A DNA stretch of 64,000 bases from positions 434,001 through 498,000 of the forward strand of contig NEEC01000004.1 in the NCBI GenBank assembly GCA_002189035.1, written 5' to 3'. Position 1 is the first letter of the stretch. Every line of letters begins with the position of its first letter. Source of the DNA: Utricularia gibba (taxonomy: Eukaryota; Plantae; Magnoliophyta). Shown piece after piece: positions 1 to 11,750 of this stretch. The notes under the pieces were generated by a model. The model searched no databases. It saw only the letters and a program-made list of their open reading frames with translations, and had not been told where the DNA came from. Position numbers and translations under genes: made by a program.

Positions 1-74
1 ATGTTTCATTTTCATTACTGCAAAAGCTTACGTGAAATCTTCGAATTCAGTTAAAGAACTACAGATTTTTACAG

Positions 75-490
75 TGGTGGAAAATGGGGACAACTGGAGT
101 GTGGGTCAAAGGCAGCTATTCTGTCTTGGAAGAGCTCTACTGAAGAAAAGCAGCATTCTTGTTCTCGATGAAGCAACAGCATCAGTTGACTCTGCAACGG
201 ATGGAATAATTCAGAAGATTATAGGGGAGGAATTCAAGGAGCGAACGATTATCACAATAGCACACCGGATCCACACAGTTATAGACAGTGATCTTGTCTT
301 GGTACTAAGTGATGGTAAGAGAAGTGATTCACTTTCTGTCTCTCTCGTTTCTCTTGAAGATTCTCGATTAAAAAGACACCTTCTTTGAGCAGGAAGAATA
401 GCGGAGTACGATACGCCATCTAAACTGCTGGAACAAGAGAACTCTCTCTTCTCCAAACTGATCAAGGAGTATTCACACAGACTAGGGTGA
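75..490 (+). CDS. ABC transporter C family (MRP; ABCC9/15-like), last two exons (75-314, 393-490); 5' part lies outside the window
   Basis: NBD2 signature and Walker B: [17 protein letters not shown]...[12 protein letters not shown]...[13 protein letters not shown] splice gives SDG|[12 protein letters not shown]...KEYSHRLG*. Confidence 0.93.
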
Positions 491-848
491 GAAAGCTCGA
501 AGCTTTGAAACAAGAGGGAGAGCATAAAAAATGAAAGTGTACCTACTTCATTTTTGGTCTTTTGATGTACTACTGCAAACCGGAGTGACGGGTTCTTTAA
601 CCCCATGAATGGGAATGACTGTTCTACTTGCTTTTATTACGTGGTTTTTTATGGTAAAAATCGATACTTTCCAAAAAATGGATATGTGAAATCATTAATG
701 TCGGGACAAAAGATTCATTCTTTTCTTGAATCAACGGAGCGACGCGAGCTCTCGCTTTCAGATCTCGGAGAATCCGGTCATTTGTAGCGCTCCCGTGTTA
801 CTTGACAAATCTTCACACCCCGAATCCCTGCGAATTCGGTTCTGTGTT

Positions 849-1618
849 ATGGATAAACTGGTATCTCTCTCCCTCTCATGGTGTTTTACGAGTTTCCATT
901 TTTTCATTTCGGCTTCTACAAACGAGTTTGTGTCCCATTTGCGAAAAGGGGTTTGGGCTTTTCTTGCTTGTGAATGCGTTTGTGGGATAACTTGGTGGAT
1001 GATAGGTTCTGTGTGTTCTCTTTGATTCGTTCTGTTGAAAAGACGTGACATTCATTTCCTTGGTGTGAGTTCTAACAAACATCCCGAAAAATTTGTTCTT
1101 GAAAATCGTAGTTAGTTCTTATGTAGGTTTGTCATACTATTTCTTTTGTTTTAAAATGAAACGGCGAGCCGAGATGTCTGGCGATTAAGCCGCAAAATCC
1201 CCCATGTTTCCTAGGGAATTTTCCTGATACATGTTAGATCAAACTTAAAAAGCATTGGATTCTCTAGTTTTATTTAACGCCGCTGTATCTCAGCCTAGTG
1301 AAGGTTCGTATATCTGGACTTACCTTTCGCCGCAATGTTCAGGACGAAAACCCGCCTTACGAGAGCAAGACTGAACCTGCAAAAGAGTTTGAGGAAGATG
1401 TGACTCGTGAATCCCTGATCGAAATAGCTTATTTAGCACCCAACAACGGTGTAGCTGCTGCACCCATGTCACCCAAATATGCAAACATCAATAAGGCTGA
1501 TGAGCCTCTCATCCATGATGGAAAGGAATTATACCGGGACAAGCTCATATCCATTTCGAATGCACCATCACCTGCAGCGAATGCGCAACCGCACCTTTCG
1601 CCTCAAATTGATGCTTAA
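849..1618 (+). CDS. Small uncharacterised plant protein (~95 aa); predicted exons 849-860 (MDKL) and 1343-1618
   Basis: Open frame 1298-1618 with acceptor TTCAG| at 1342 in phase 0, and an upstream ATG GAT AAA CTG|GT in phase 0. Two related motifs: RESLIEIAY and RDKLISISN. The first exon is an inference. Confidence 0.6.
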
Positions 1619-2688
1619 GAAGCTATCTTTAGGCTTCCCTTTAACTTTGTAATGAAACTATGCAACTGCTGCATCAAAGATGTTGATTGGGTTTTCACCC
1701 GTTTGTTTTTGCTGATGGCTCTGTGACCTACTACACCTTTGTGTTTATCCTTGAATATTGAATATGAAAGAAAAGTTTCGATCTTGTGCATGTGAAACAT
1801 AGATTCGGAATATATGTTCTTGAAATGGGGCGTTGAATGAGGAATGTCTAAGATGCTGAATGATTATCTGATACTAGATTATGACGTGTTATGAGTGTCT
1901 AAAAATCTGCGAAGATCTGGAGCCTGTTGGTTTGGGGCCCTCTACCAAGACATGAGTTTGATTCCACTGGAAAGCCTTGCAATGCAAGTGGTGAGGATTA
2001 ACGGAGTTTCAGATTGTTACTGTTGTGGAAACATTAAGCACTGGCTTCGCAGTAGCAACAGTGAGCTTTGTTTCCACCATACTGTTTTTATGACTTGACT
2101 GGTGTGCACTACCTTCACCCATACCCAAATTCATGAAACGTTTTTTTGGTTTTTTTCTCCAGATGTGCAGGCTTCACACTGTAATTGAGGATACACTTTC
2201 CATGTGCCTCGCATTATTATGAATTTGCGAGTGGTGACACTGGAGCCACGATGTTATCAACAGTAAAAAGAAGAAACTTTGAAGTGGGATTGTCCTTATC
2301 TTCAAAAACAATGGTAGGTGGATGGTGGTGCATACATCAAAAAACGGAAGGGAGCAATTAGATAAAGATGAAATGATAGAAAAATAAAACTGGCCTTTCT
2401 CTTAGTGTGTAGTGTACATCGTTTTTTGGAGTGAATATCTTGAAAACATGCATCGACTTTCTCTAAAGAAAATACGCAGCCACCGTCACGCATGCTGTTC
2501 ACCTGTGGCCATAATTTGCTTGGTAAAAAAGGACAAATGAATGCATGCTTTTTTTTCCTACAGTATGCGTTGTCAGTCCTTTTTTGTCCCTTCCTATATA
2601 TTCACTGCTTCACAGAATTCATATTCATTTCCTCTTTTTAGTCACTCCCTCTTTAGAAGAGTTCTCTCCTTGGGATTTTCAGTTCATC

Positions 2689-5152
2689 ATGTGGTGGGAA
2701 TTAGTCTTGGGGAGTGTTTTTGGTTTAACGATTTTGAAATCGGTGCTTAAGCATTTTAACTGCTGGTATCATGAGAAGAATTTGGGTTACAAGAAATATA
2801 ATCTCCCTCCAGGTGATCTTGGATGGCCTTTCATTGGCAATATGTGGTCCTTCCTCAAAGCGTTCAAGTCCAGTGCTCCTGATTCCTTCGTCTCCAGTTT
2901 TGTTCAAAGGTCTCATTACCGCACTCTCTCTTTTCATTATACACATGCTTCGTGATCTTTTCCGTGAACTTATTCTTCAGCACATGCAAATCCTCCAAAT
3001 TCTGTTGCATGCAACAGGATTTTGAGGAAATGTACATATACATTTCGTTTTTTCAATGAAACTGAGTTTATCTCTGTTGTCTATCTTTGTGAGCACTTCC
3101 TCTGGAAAACTGTTACTTTCAGAGAAGACTTTTAGCTCAGAAAAAATAAGAGAACCGAACGCCATATATGTTATGCGATGAAAGTTTGATCGTATTCTGA
3201 TGGATAAAGCAGCAGTCTTTTTCTTCCATCAGCACACCCCAGTGTTCATTTTGACTTTTTTTCTTAAGCATCTTCTGTGTCTTGAGCTCGTATTTAAATT
3301 TCCTGGTTGAGTCTAGTGTAATGACTCGTAGATGATGCCCCTGTTTTCCATTTACCTCACAGGTTTGGAAACACGGGGCTGTACAAGGCCTACATGTTTG
3401 GCAATCCCAGCATCATAGTCACCACTTGGGAGGCCTGTCGGAAAGTGCTAACCGATGATGACGCCTTCAAACCGGGGTGGCCGAAATCCACAGTGAATCT
3501 TATTGGGAAAACTTCATTTGTCGGCAAATATGATGAAGAGCACCGGTGGCTGCGGAAATTGACTGCAGCCCCTGTAAATGGACATGAAGTTCTGTCAAAG
3601 TACATCAGCTACATTGACGATATGGTGGTTAAAGCTCTGGAAGACTGGACGAGCATGGGAGAGATAGAGTTCTTAAATGAAATAAGAAGGCTTACATTCA
3701 GGATAATCATGTACATCTTCCTGAGCTCTGAAAGCGAGCAAATTTTAACATCCTTGGAGAGGGAATACACGGCTCTGAATTACGGCGTCCGTGCGATGGC
3801 GATCAATATTCCCGGTTTTGCCTACCACTCGGCGCTCAAGGTGTGAAACTCAGTGTCATATCTTCTGCACCTTCCTTGTTGCGTGGTTGAGTATTGGCCT
3901 GATAAGAATAGAGATTCAAGGAGAAACGTATGCTTGTTCTGTGAAGTTAGTGCCGTTCATCATCTTGTTTCTGGTTTTCAGGCGCGAAAGAACCTCGTCT
4001 CTGTACTCCAAGGTGTGTTAGGTGAACGAAGAGAGCAAAGGGGAGGAGGAGGTTCTCCTAAGGTGCAAAAAGACATGATGGATGCTCTTATTGATGCTGA
4101 AGACGAGAGTGGTAGGAAACTCACCGATGAAGAAATCATTGATACCTTGGTGATGTACCTGAATGCCGGGCATGAATCATCCGGCCATATCACTATGTGG
4201 GCTACCATTTTCCTGCAGAATCATCCAGATGTTTTCAGAAGAGCTAAGGTTCATGCACACCTTCAGGAAACATGCATTTCAATGGTTTTCTCTTCTTTGG
4301 TTACTGTTCTGGATGTTCCTGTGCTTATATGATATCTTCAGGCGGAGCAAGAAGAAATTTCCAAGAATATGCCTCCGGGTCAGAAGGGGCTAACACTGAA
4401 AGAAATACGCAAAATGGAGTATCTTTCCAAGGTAAACCAAACTACCTTCGTTTATAAAGGCTCAGTTGTGCTGCTTCATGATTAACTTCTTCCAGCTTGG
4501 CAGGTAATCGATGAAACGATGCGTATCATTACATTCTCACTGGTCGTGTTTCGAGAGGCCAAGAAAGATGTTAATGTTTGCGGTATGCTACAAAAGACAA
4601 AAATGCAGTGTGAGAGTAGCTGTTGGCGATGAGTAAAAGCTACCATTTTGTTTCTGTTTCATCAGGTTACACAATTCCTAAAGGATGGAAGGTGTTGGTC
4701 TGGTTTAGAAGTGTCCACTTCGATCCCCAAACGTATCCAGAACCAAGGAAGTTCGATCCTTCGAGATGGGATGTGAGTTGTGAACTACTTCCTTTCATGT
4801 CTGTCTGTTCATCCATGGAAGCTGCTTGAGGTCATTACAATGTGCAGGGTTTTACGCCTAAAGCCGGACAGTTTCTTCCTTTCGGAGCAGGAAGCAGATT
4901 GTGTCCTGGAAATGATCTTGCCAAGATTGAAATCTCCATTTTCCTCCACCGTTTTCTCCTCAACTACAAGTAAATTTCATTCACGCTCTCTCTTTTTCCG
5001 TTCTTCTCTGCTGAACTGCAACCTTGTTTACCGGCAGGTTCCATCAGCGCGATCCAAGTAGCCCCTTGATGTACCTGCCGCACACAAGGCCTAAAGACAA
5101 CTGCAGGGGAACAATAACAAAGAGTGATGCACAAGATGGGTCCTGCTTTTGA
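2689..5152 (+). CDS. KAO: ent-kaurenoic acid oxidase (cytochrome P450 CYP88A), 8 exons
   Basis: [19 protein letters not shown]-helix [14 protein letters not shown] (DETMR), FDPSRWD, heme motif [13 protein letters not shown], terminal [12 protein letters not shown]. Exons 2689-2909, 3363-3840, 3982-4248, 4342-4431, 4504-4582, 4666-4772, 4848-4969 and 5038-5152 join in frame. Confidence 0.95.
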
Positions 5153-5443
5153 GTCTTTACAACCTCAAGGTGCGTCTTATCTTCCAATCCATGGAGCTCT
5201 TCCTATGCTTGTGTGCAAGCTCGTTGCCATGTTCGAAAAACACCGACTGTGAGATATTTTACGCATCCTTGTTGGTATCATAACCATGGATGAGAAGAAT
5301 AAACCCAATCTGGAACCAGTAAAAAGTTGCATTTGTTACCAATGTTGATTCCTATCTTAAGGCCAAGGCGGAATCTTTACTCCAGGGGCAAGAGCAAGAA
5401 CATTGCCTTCCTATAAGGGAAACCAGCTTTTCTGATCCATCTC

Positions 5444-6514
5444 ATGGCTTCATACTCGATCTCATGGCCATGTACCTGCACCCTGTTGACTAACTCTCCC
5501 GTCCCTTCACCAAAACTCACCTGCAATCCTCAGCCAGAACCAGTGAAGCCTTTTACATATACAAAGTTGGCGCACTCTTTACCAATAGCGGTGCACTCCC
5601 ACAAAGCTTCCTCGACAGCAGGGCCAGAACCTCGAGATGACTGCACCAGGACGGCCCTCGAGACCGTGATGAAGCTCTACCGAGCCATCAAAAACAAGAA
5701 TTTGCATGAGGTTTACGATCTGATTGCTGAAGAATGCTTATGCGTATCTAGATACGGACCTCTGCGTGGGAAGGAGGTATGCTCTCGATACTCGTGTTTC
5801 GATTTGTCGGAAATGAGGATTGAGACCGAATGTACGATGTAGCAAGTGGTGGCTTTCTTTGCTCATGTGATGAACAACCTGGGGAAAAATCTTCAGTTCG
5901 TGGTGCAGAGGACTTTGGATGAGGGCATGGTGGTTGGAGTATCATGGAGGCTAGGTATCTTCCCATTTTCCCCTCAGCTTCTTAGTGGGGTTCATTTGTG
6001 TTCTAGCGACAGTGCATGCAGATTTGATTGCTTCATCTTGTAGAATGGAACAACATCCCTTTGTTTCTGGGACAAGGCTTCAGCATCCACATGTGCCATG
6101 TCTACGAGGGCAAGGTCATGATAACGTAAGTGCGCTGCTCTCCCCGACCGCCGGCGTGTTTGAAACTTACTTGTCCAAAAATTAAACGTAGAAAGCAGAA
6201 TAAAAATGTCCAGAGCTCACATAACCAATTTAACATCGTTTCATGATGCTTGAAACCAGGCATGTAGAGGTATTCCTAGAGCCACTACTTCAGATTGAAC
6301 AACTGAGACTGGTGAGCTTCTGCAGTGTAAATGTTGTTCCTTTTCTGAATCTTTTGAGGAAGAAAATGACTGGATTCAGGAAGGGGTATCTGCAATCAGA
6401 AGCCTTGGTATAGAGCACCTGTTGAAGGACAAGAAGGCGATGGCGAGGATGATGTTCTACCTTCGTTTGATTGTTGCACTGGTGACATTATTGACAGCTC
6501 CACGGCAAAGGTGA
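5444..6514 (+). CDS. NTF2/SnoaL-like fold protein with a transit-peptide-like N-terminus and hydrophobic C-terminal helix, 5 exons
   Basis: S/T/P-rich N-terminus, then LYRAIKNKNLHEVYDLIAEEC, PLRGKEQVVAFF, VGVSWRLEWNN, GQGFSIHMCH. Exons 5444-5776, 5843-5954, 6044-6125, 6260-6311, ~6359-6514. Tail AMARMMFYLRLIVALVTLLTAPRQR*. Confidence 0.75.
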
Positions 6515-6593
6515 GGCCTTATGTTCGGATCTAGTGGATGTTTTCGATACCCTTACAGTAATATTTTGCACTTGTAAGTAATCCGAAAATCTA

Positions 6594-7521
6594 CTACATG
6601 ATTACACACGCATTGGGGTTTTCATCACTAAACAGCTGAGGATCATAGCCATAGTGTATGAAATAAGAAGAAGCCTCGCCACCTTTGTCGTTGGTTTTGA
6701 CTTCAACCTTAACATCTTTCTCATCTTTCCCTTCCACCTCTTTTGCTCCTTTCTTTTCTTCCTTTTTCTCCTCATGCTCTTCCTTCACCTCTGTGATTTC
6801 AGCATACTTGTGAACGCTTTCCTTCATATACTCCATGAGCTCTTCAGATTTGATCACGCCCCGGACAGTTATTTTACCGGATTTTTTGTCTGTCTTCACA
6901 CTGTAAATGTCTGAAGGAACTTGTAGTAAGTAGCAGCAGAGTTTCTGCCTACCTAAAATAACGTACCCCGGTGCATGATGAGTCTTCGATCAGTCTCCCG
7001 TAGGCACTCATCGCAGTGAAAGTATGCCTTCATCGTAATGGCTCTAATGGTCACTTTCTTGGACTGCTCTTTGGATTTGGCTATGGAAATCAGCTCCACT
7101 TTCTTCTTGCTCCATTTTTCCACTCTCTCCTTGACCTTCTCTGCGTCTATCGACCCTTCAACCGTGATTTTGTTCTCCTCAAATTTCACCTTCACGCTTC
7201 GAACTCCTGAAACATTTCCCCGTTAGCTGCAACCACACGTGGTTTTCAGGATTACACATGTGTTAGAACAAAACAATACAGGTCCAGAGCATCAACTAAC
7301 GCAGAAATCAAAGCATGCAAACGTGTCAGAAGCATTGCAGAAAGCTCTCTATCTTTATATCAGCTTATGAGGAGGGGGAGAGAAGGTTGAACCAGACCAG
7401 GGATGCCAAGGATGGGAGTTTGAATGTCTTGTGCACACTGAGGGCAATGGAGGTACGCTCTGAATACTGCTGTGGATATCTCTTCCTTCTTCTTCTTCTC
7501 ATCTTCCTCTTTAGCACCCAT
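6594..7521 (-). CDS. HIPP: Heavy-metal-associated isoprenylated plant protein with two HMA domains
   Basis: Exons 7521-7398, 7206-6967, 6910-6594. Metal motifs HCPQC and HCDEC; C-terminal FSDENPNACVIM* (CaaX). Confidence 0.92.
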
Positions 7522-8707
7522 TTTCACTCCTACTTCCATGCTGCATCTCCCACTTTTTGTAGGAGGCTGATGCTACTTCGTCTGGTTGGTGAAGATCTGC
7601 TGAGGGTGGATCAACTCCATCCAACCCTCCTTTTGCTCATCGGATCCTCCTATTCGGATCGGGTCGTTCAGGGAAATTTTCGTTTTTCAACTGTCCGATA
7701 TTTTTGAAATATAGTTTATTTGATAAATATATTCTTTAATAAACGTATAATATATGAAATATTTATATTATTCATCTAATCATGTTCTAAAAATTATTTT
7801 TCATGTAAGTTTTATTAATCAATTAAATTTTGGAATATAATATAGTAAATACATATTTATAATATTAAAATATTTGTATTTTAAATATATTTATTTAAAT
7901 ACAAATAATTCATATAAATTAACAAAATTATTTTGTAACCGGCATATGTAATTATGTATCCAAGTAGTCGAGTAGATCAAATTTATTAATGCGAAATTCA
8001 TAAATTGGAAATTCGAATTTCTTAATTATTTTGAAACACGATTTTAGGGCTTGTTTCAGCGATTTCTTTTTAAAGTCGCTAAAAATTGTCGAAAAATAAA
8101 ATGATGGCTAATATGGATTTCTGTTTCCGCCGCACCGCTATTCTTCTGGTAGCTTCTGCTGCGTCGAGAGTTTCTCGCCATTTCCATGTTGTTCGAGTTT
8201 TCTTTTATTGGGTTCTGATTTGTAGTCCCCCATTTTCACCATCTTCATTCGGTGGTTTCTGAATTACACAACAATTGAGCATTTTTCTTCTCCGATTCTA
8301 GGTGGACGGGGTTGGGTCCTTTGCGCTTTAATCCGCACCACCTCCCAGATTGTTTTCTTTTTCTTTTTTTCCTGCGAAAAATTGTTTGGATTTGAGGAAG
8401 GAATAATTTAAATGAGATGGGAGGATGGATCGGAGAAGTGAAATCAAATTCTTCTTTGAAGTCGCTTCAGATGAATTTTCTAGGATGCCCATTTCAATTT
8501 GAATCGGGCATTTCCTCGTTTGCGATCGCCTGCGAAGCGTTCTCTGATCTTGTGTTGCTTTAACCGCATTGTTTGTTCTGCAGTTCATCGGATTGGATGT
8601 TCTGTTTTTCCTATTTTTTTGTTCTGTTGCATTCTTTGTGTTTCTATCCCTGGTATGAATTATCGGAAATTCCGGATTGACGATTAAAAAAAATTGGAAC
8701 TAAAAAA

Positions 8708-11383
8708 ATGGATGCTGCCGATCTCGATGTAGCTGAAGTATCCCCGACGGACGGTACATTCGGGTAAAAACTCGTTCTTTTGTTTCCTTGCAATTTTCAA
8801 CTCCTGTTCTCGAAATTCCGGATGCATAATTTGAAGCGTTGGGTCCATAATGCTTTTTTCTCAGACTTGATTAGCTTTCTGCCTTTTTTCTTTAGATCCC
8901 GTGAATTGAAAAGGGGTTTTTAATAACTTCCGTTCTTTTGTGGGGTAGATAAGATGCCTATGGAAAAACATGAGGTTGTCATAATTTAAGAATTAATCTC
9001 ACTGCTTCCATATCATTTTTCATCTTCGAGCATTGCTGCAGAATTGCATTTTAGCTATTCGTTTACAGAATTTTGTCAGCCGTGTAGATCATCCTGAAGT
9101 TTTATGTGTTCCAAACTGGAAAATGTTTCCTTGAAAAAAGAAGGCCCCTTGATTGATAATATTTCCCATATGAGTTATCAAATGCTTGTAATAGCAACTC
9201 TATTTACTCAGCTTTTTTCAGTCCTTCCCTCTTTAGATTCTTTTACCATTTTGTTTCCTTCCTTCAGTACAATGAAATGCTGGGGAGAGGAGCATTCAAG
9301 AATGTGTATGCCCTTCTGCATTTTTTCATTTAATTTATTTTTCACTTATTTTAGAATCTTTATAGGTTGCAATATTGTAAGTTTAGCATATTTCCTTATA
9401 CCACTTTTGTTTTTCAGTTACAAGGGATTTGATGAAATTGATGGAATAGAAGTTGCGTGGAGTCAAGTGAGTATTGAGGATGCGCTGCAATCACCTGAAC
9501 ACCTGGAACGGTTATATTCTGAGGTTCATCTCCTAAGAACACTGAAACATGAGAATGTAATTAGGTCATATGGTTCCTGGGTGGATGATGAAAACAAAAC
9601 TATAAACTTGATCACAGAACTCTTCACTTCAGGGAACCTGAGACAGTGAGTTTTCTTTTATTGCCTCATGCTACTTTTCTTCACTAGTTTTTCTATACTT
9701 TATCCTGAACTTGTTTGACGTTTATTTTTTGATAAGGTACCGGAACAAGCATAAGAGTGTTGATATGCGGGCCGTCAAGAATTGGGCCAAGCAAATTCTT
9801 CACGGCTTAGATTATTTGCATACTCACAATCCTCCTATTATTCATAGAGACTTGAAATGTGACAACATTTTTGTCAATGGAAACCATGGGGAAGTCAAAA
9901 TTGGTGATCTTGGGCTGGCAACAATAATGCAGAAACCTACTGCAAGAAGTGTTATCGGTAACTTTTTCGTTTGCTAGATATTTGTTTCGTCTTTCCCTCA
10001 TCGGGTCTTTTACATCGTTGGAGTTACTTTGTAACCTTAGGTACACCTGAGTTCATGGCCCAGAGCTGTATGACGAGGAATACAATGAGCTGGCAGATGT
10101 TTATTCTTTTGGTATGTGTATGCTAGAGTTGGTTAGTTGTGAATGCCCATACAGTGAATGCAAAAACCAAGCGCAAATTTACAAGAAAGTTACATCAGTA
10201 AGTTATTGCACTTGCTTCAGAAGTGTTTAATAGTTAGTGATGCTTTTCCTTTTTTTTTTCAAATCATAGGGTATTAAACCAGTTGCCCTCGGAAGAATTA
10301 AGAATCCAGAAGTTAGACAGTTCATAGAAAAATGTTTGCTCCCTGCATCTCAGAGGCCTAGTGCTAACGAGCTCTTGAAGTCTCCATTCCTTGTGTCTGA
10401 ATATCGGAATGGTTACACTAGTGACCCTCTAGACTCAACTGGGATCATTCCAAAGGCGTTAACTGTAAAATATGACACACATTTGATGGAAGTAGATGGT
10501 TCTTGCAAAATGCTATCCAGCAGCACTTTTGCTGACAGCATGAGCGAAACTTCGATATCTGTGTTTGAGGCTCAGAGAAGTAATGAGAGGAACAAGTTTA
10601 CCTTAAGAGGAGAGAAGTTTGATGGTAATTCAATCTCTTTGACCCTGTGGATAGCAGACTACTCAGGTATGTTTTAATTGTATGAGAAGAAAAAATATTC
10701 CATTTTCTGTGTGTGTTGATCCGCCGCAATATTACTATTCAAATGCAGGATCAGTGAGGAACGTTCATTTCTTTTTCTATCTGAATGTTGATACTGCTCT
10801 ATCCATCGCTGCTGAGATGGTCGATACACTTGATCTTTGGAAAGATGATGCTGCTCTCATAGCTGACCTGATTGACTCCATGGTTTTGCAAAATGTCTCT
10901 CTCCAAGGGACATCGTTTGAAACCCCAACTGAATCAAAGAGGGCAGGAGAGAACACAACAACACGTGCTAATGAGAAGCCATTGGCGTGTGAAGGGGGTG
11001 GTTGTGGTTCCTATAGCATTTCTAGGGAAATCAAGCCTACAGAATCAGTTGCTGCATCACCCCATCTCACTGATGCCACGAAAAGCGAAGATTGGGGATT
11101 ATGTGAATGCAGATTGGGCATGTCAGTAGCAAGTGAAGGCATGAAAACCTCAGGAACCTCTTGCGCTTGTTCCTGGATCACAGCAACAAGTGGCGTGAGC
11201 TTGAGCATGTCTTCCCTTTCCCTAACAGAAAAGGGTAGTGAAGTCAGTGATGATTTGAAGGTGCAACTCGATGCCATCGATACCTACTATCAGCAGCGAT
11301 GCCTTGAACTTATAAAGATGCGGGAAGCAGAAATTGAGACTGCCAAGAAGAAGTGGATGATGAAGAAAATTTATGCTGTTTGA
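8708..11383 (+). CDS. WNK: WNK family Ser/Thr kinase; two apparent 1-nt frameshifts as read (8742-8745 and 10059-10061)
   Basis: SP-DGRYIR|[13 protein letters not shown]|[56 protein letters not shown]; C-terminal [23 protein letters not shown]. Confidence 0.92.
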
Positions 11384-11750
11384 TTGATTCAATTGTAATT
11401 CACACGTTGCGCTTTTTTTTTATGCAGCGCCTTAGTTCGTTTATCATTCCCTTCTGCTGTGAATTCCTCATTCACGTGCCATGTATCTAACAGTCAGCTT
11501 TCATCTAAAGGTCTCTGGGGTTTGTCCCGAACCAGTTAAAGTTCCCACAGTGAATTGAATCTTGCAGTTGATTCCATTGTAATGACATTGAAATGGAGTA
11601 GATGTCGTGATTCCGTCCCCACTTCAACAGAATCTGTTGAATTCTCATCACGATTTTTGTCCGTCGATAATTCTTCCTTCTCCTTCTCTTCCTCCTCCAC
11701 AAATCCCACACGCATCGTCTCCTTTGCTGCAAGTCTGGAACCAGGAGATC

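Noticed and set aside
7560-7640. Short upstream ORFs before HIPP
   Set aside because: TSS unknown and no conservation evidence.
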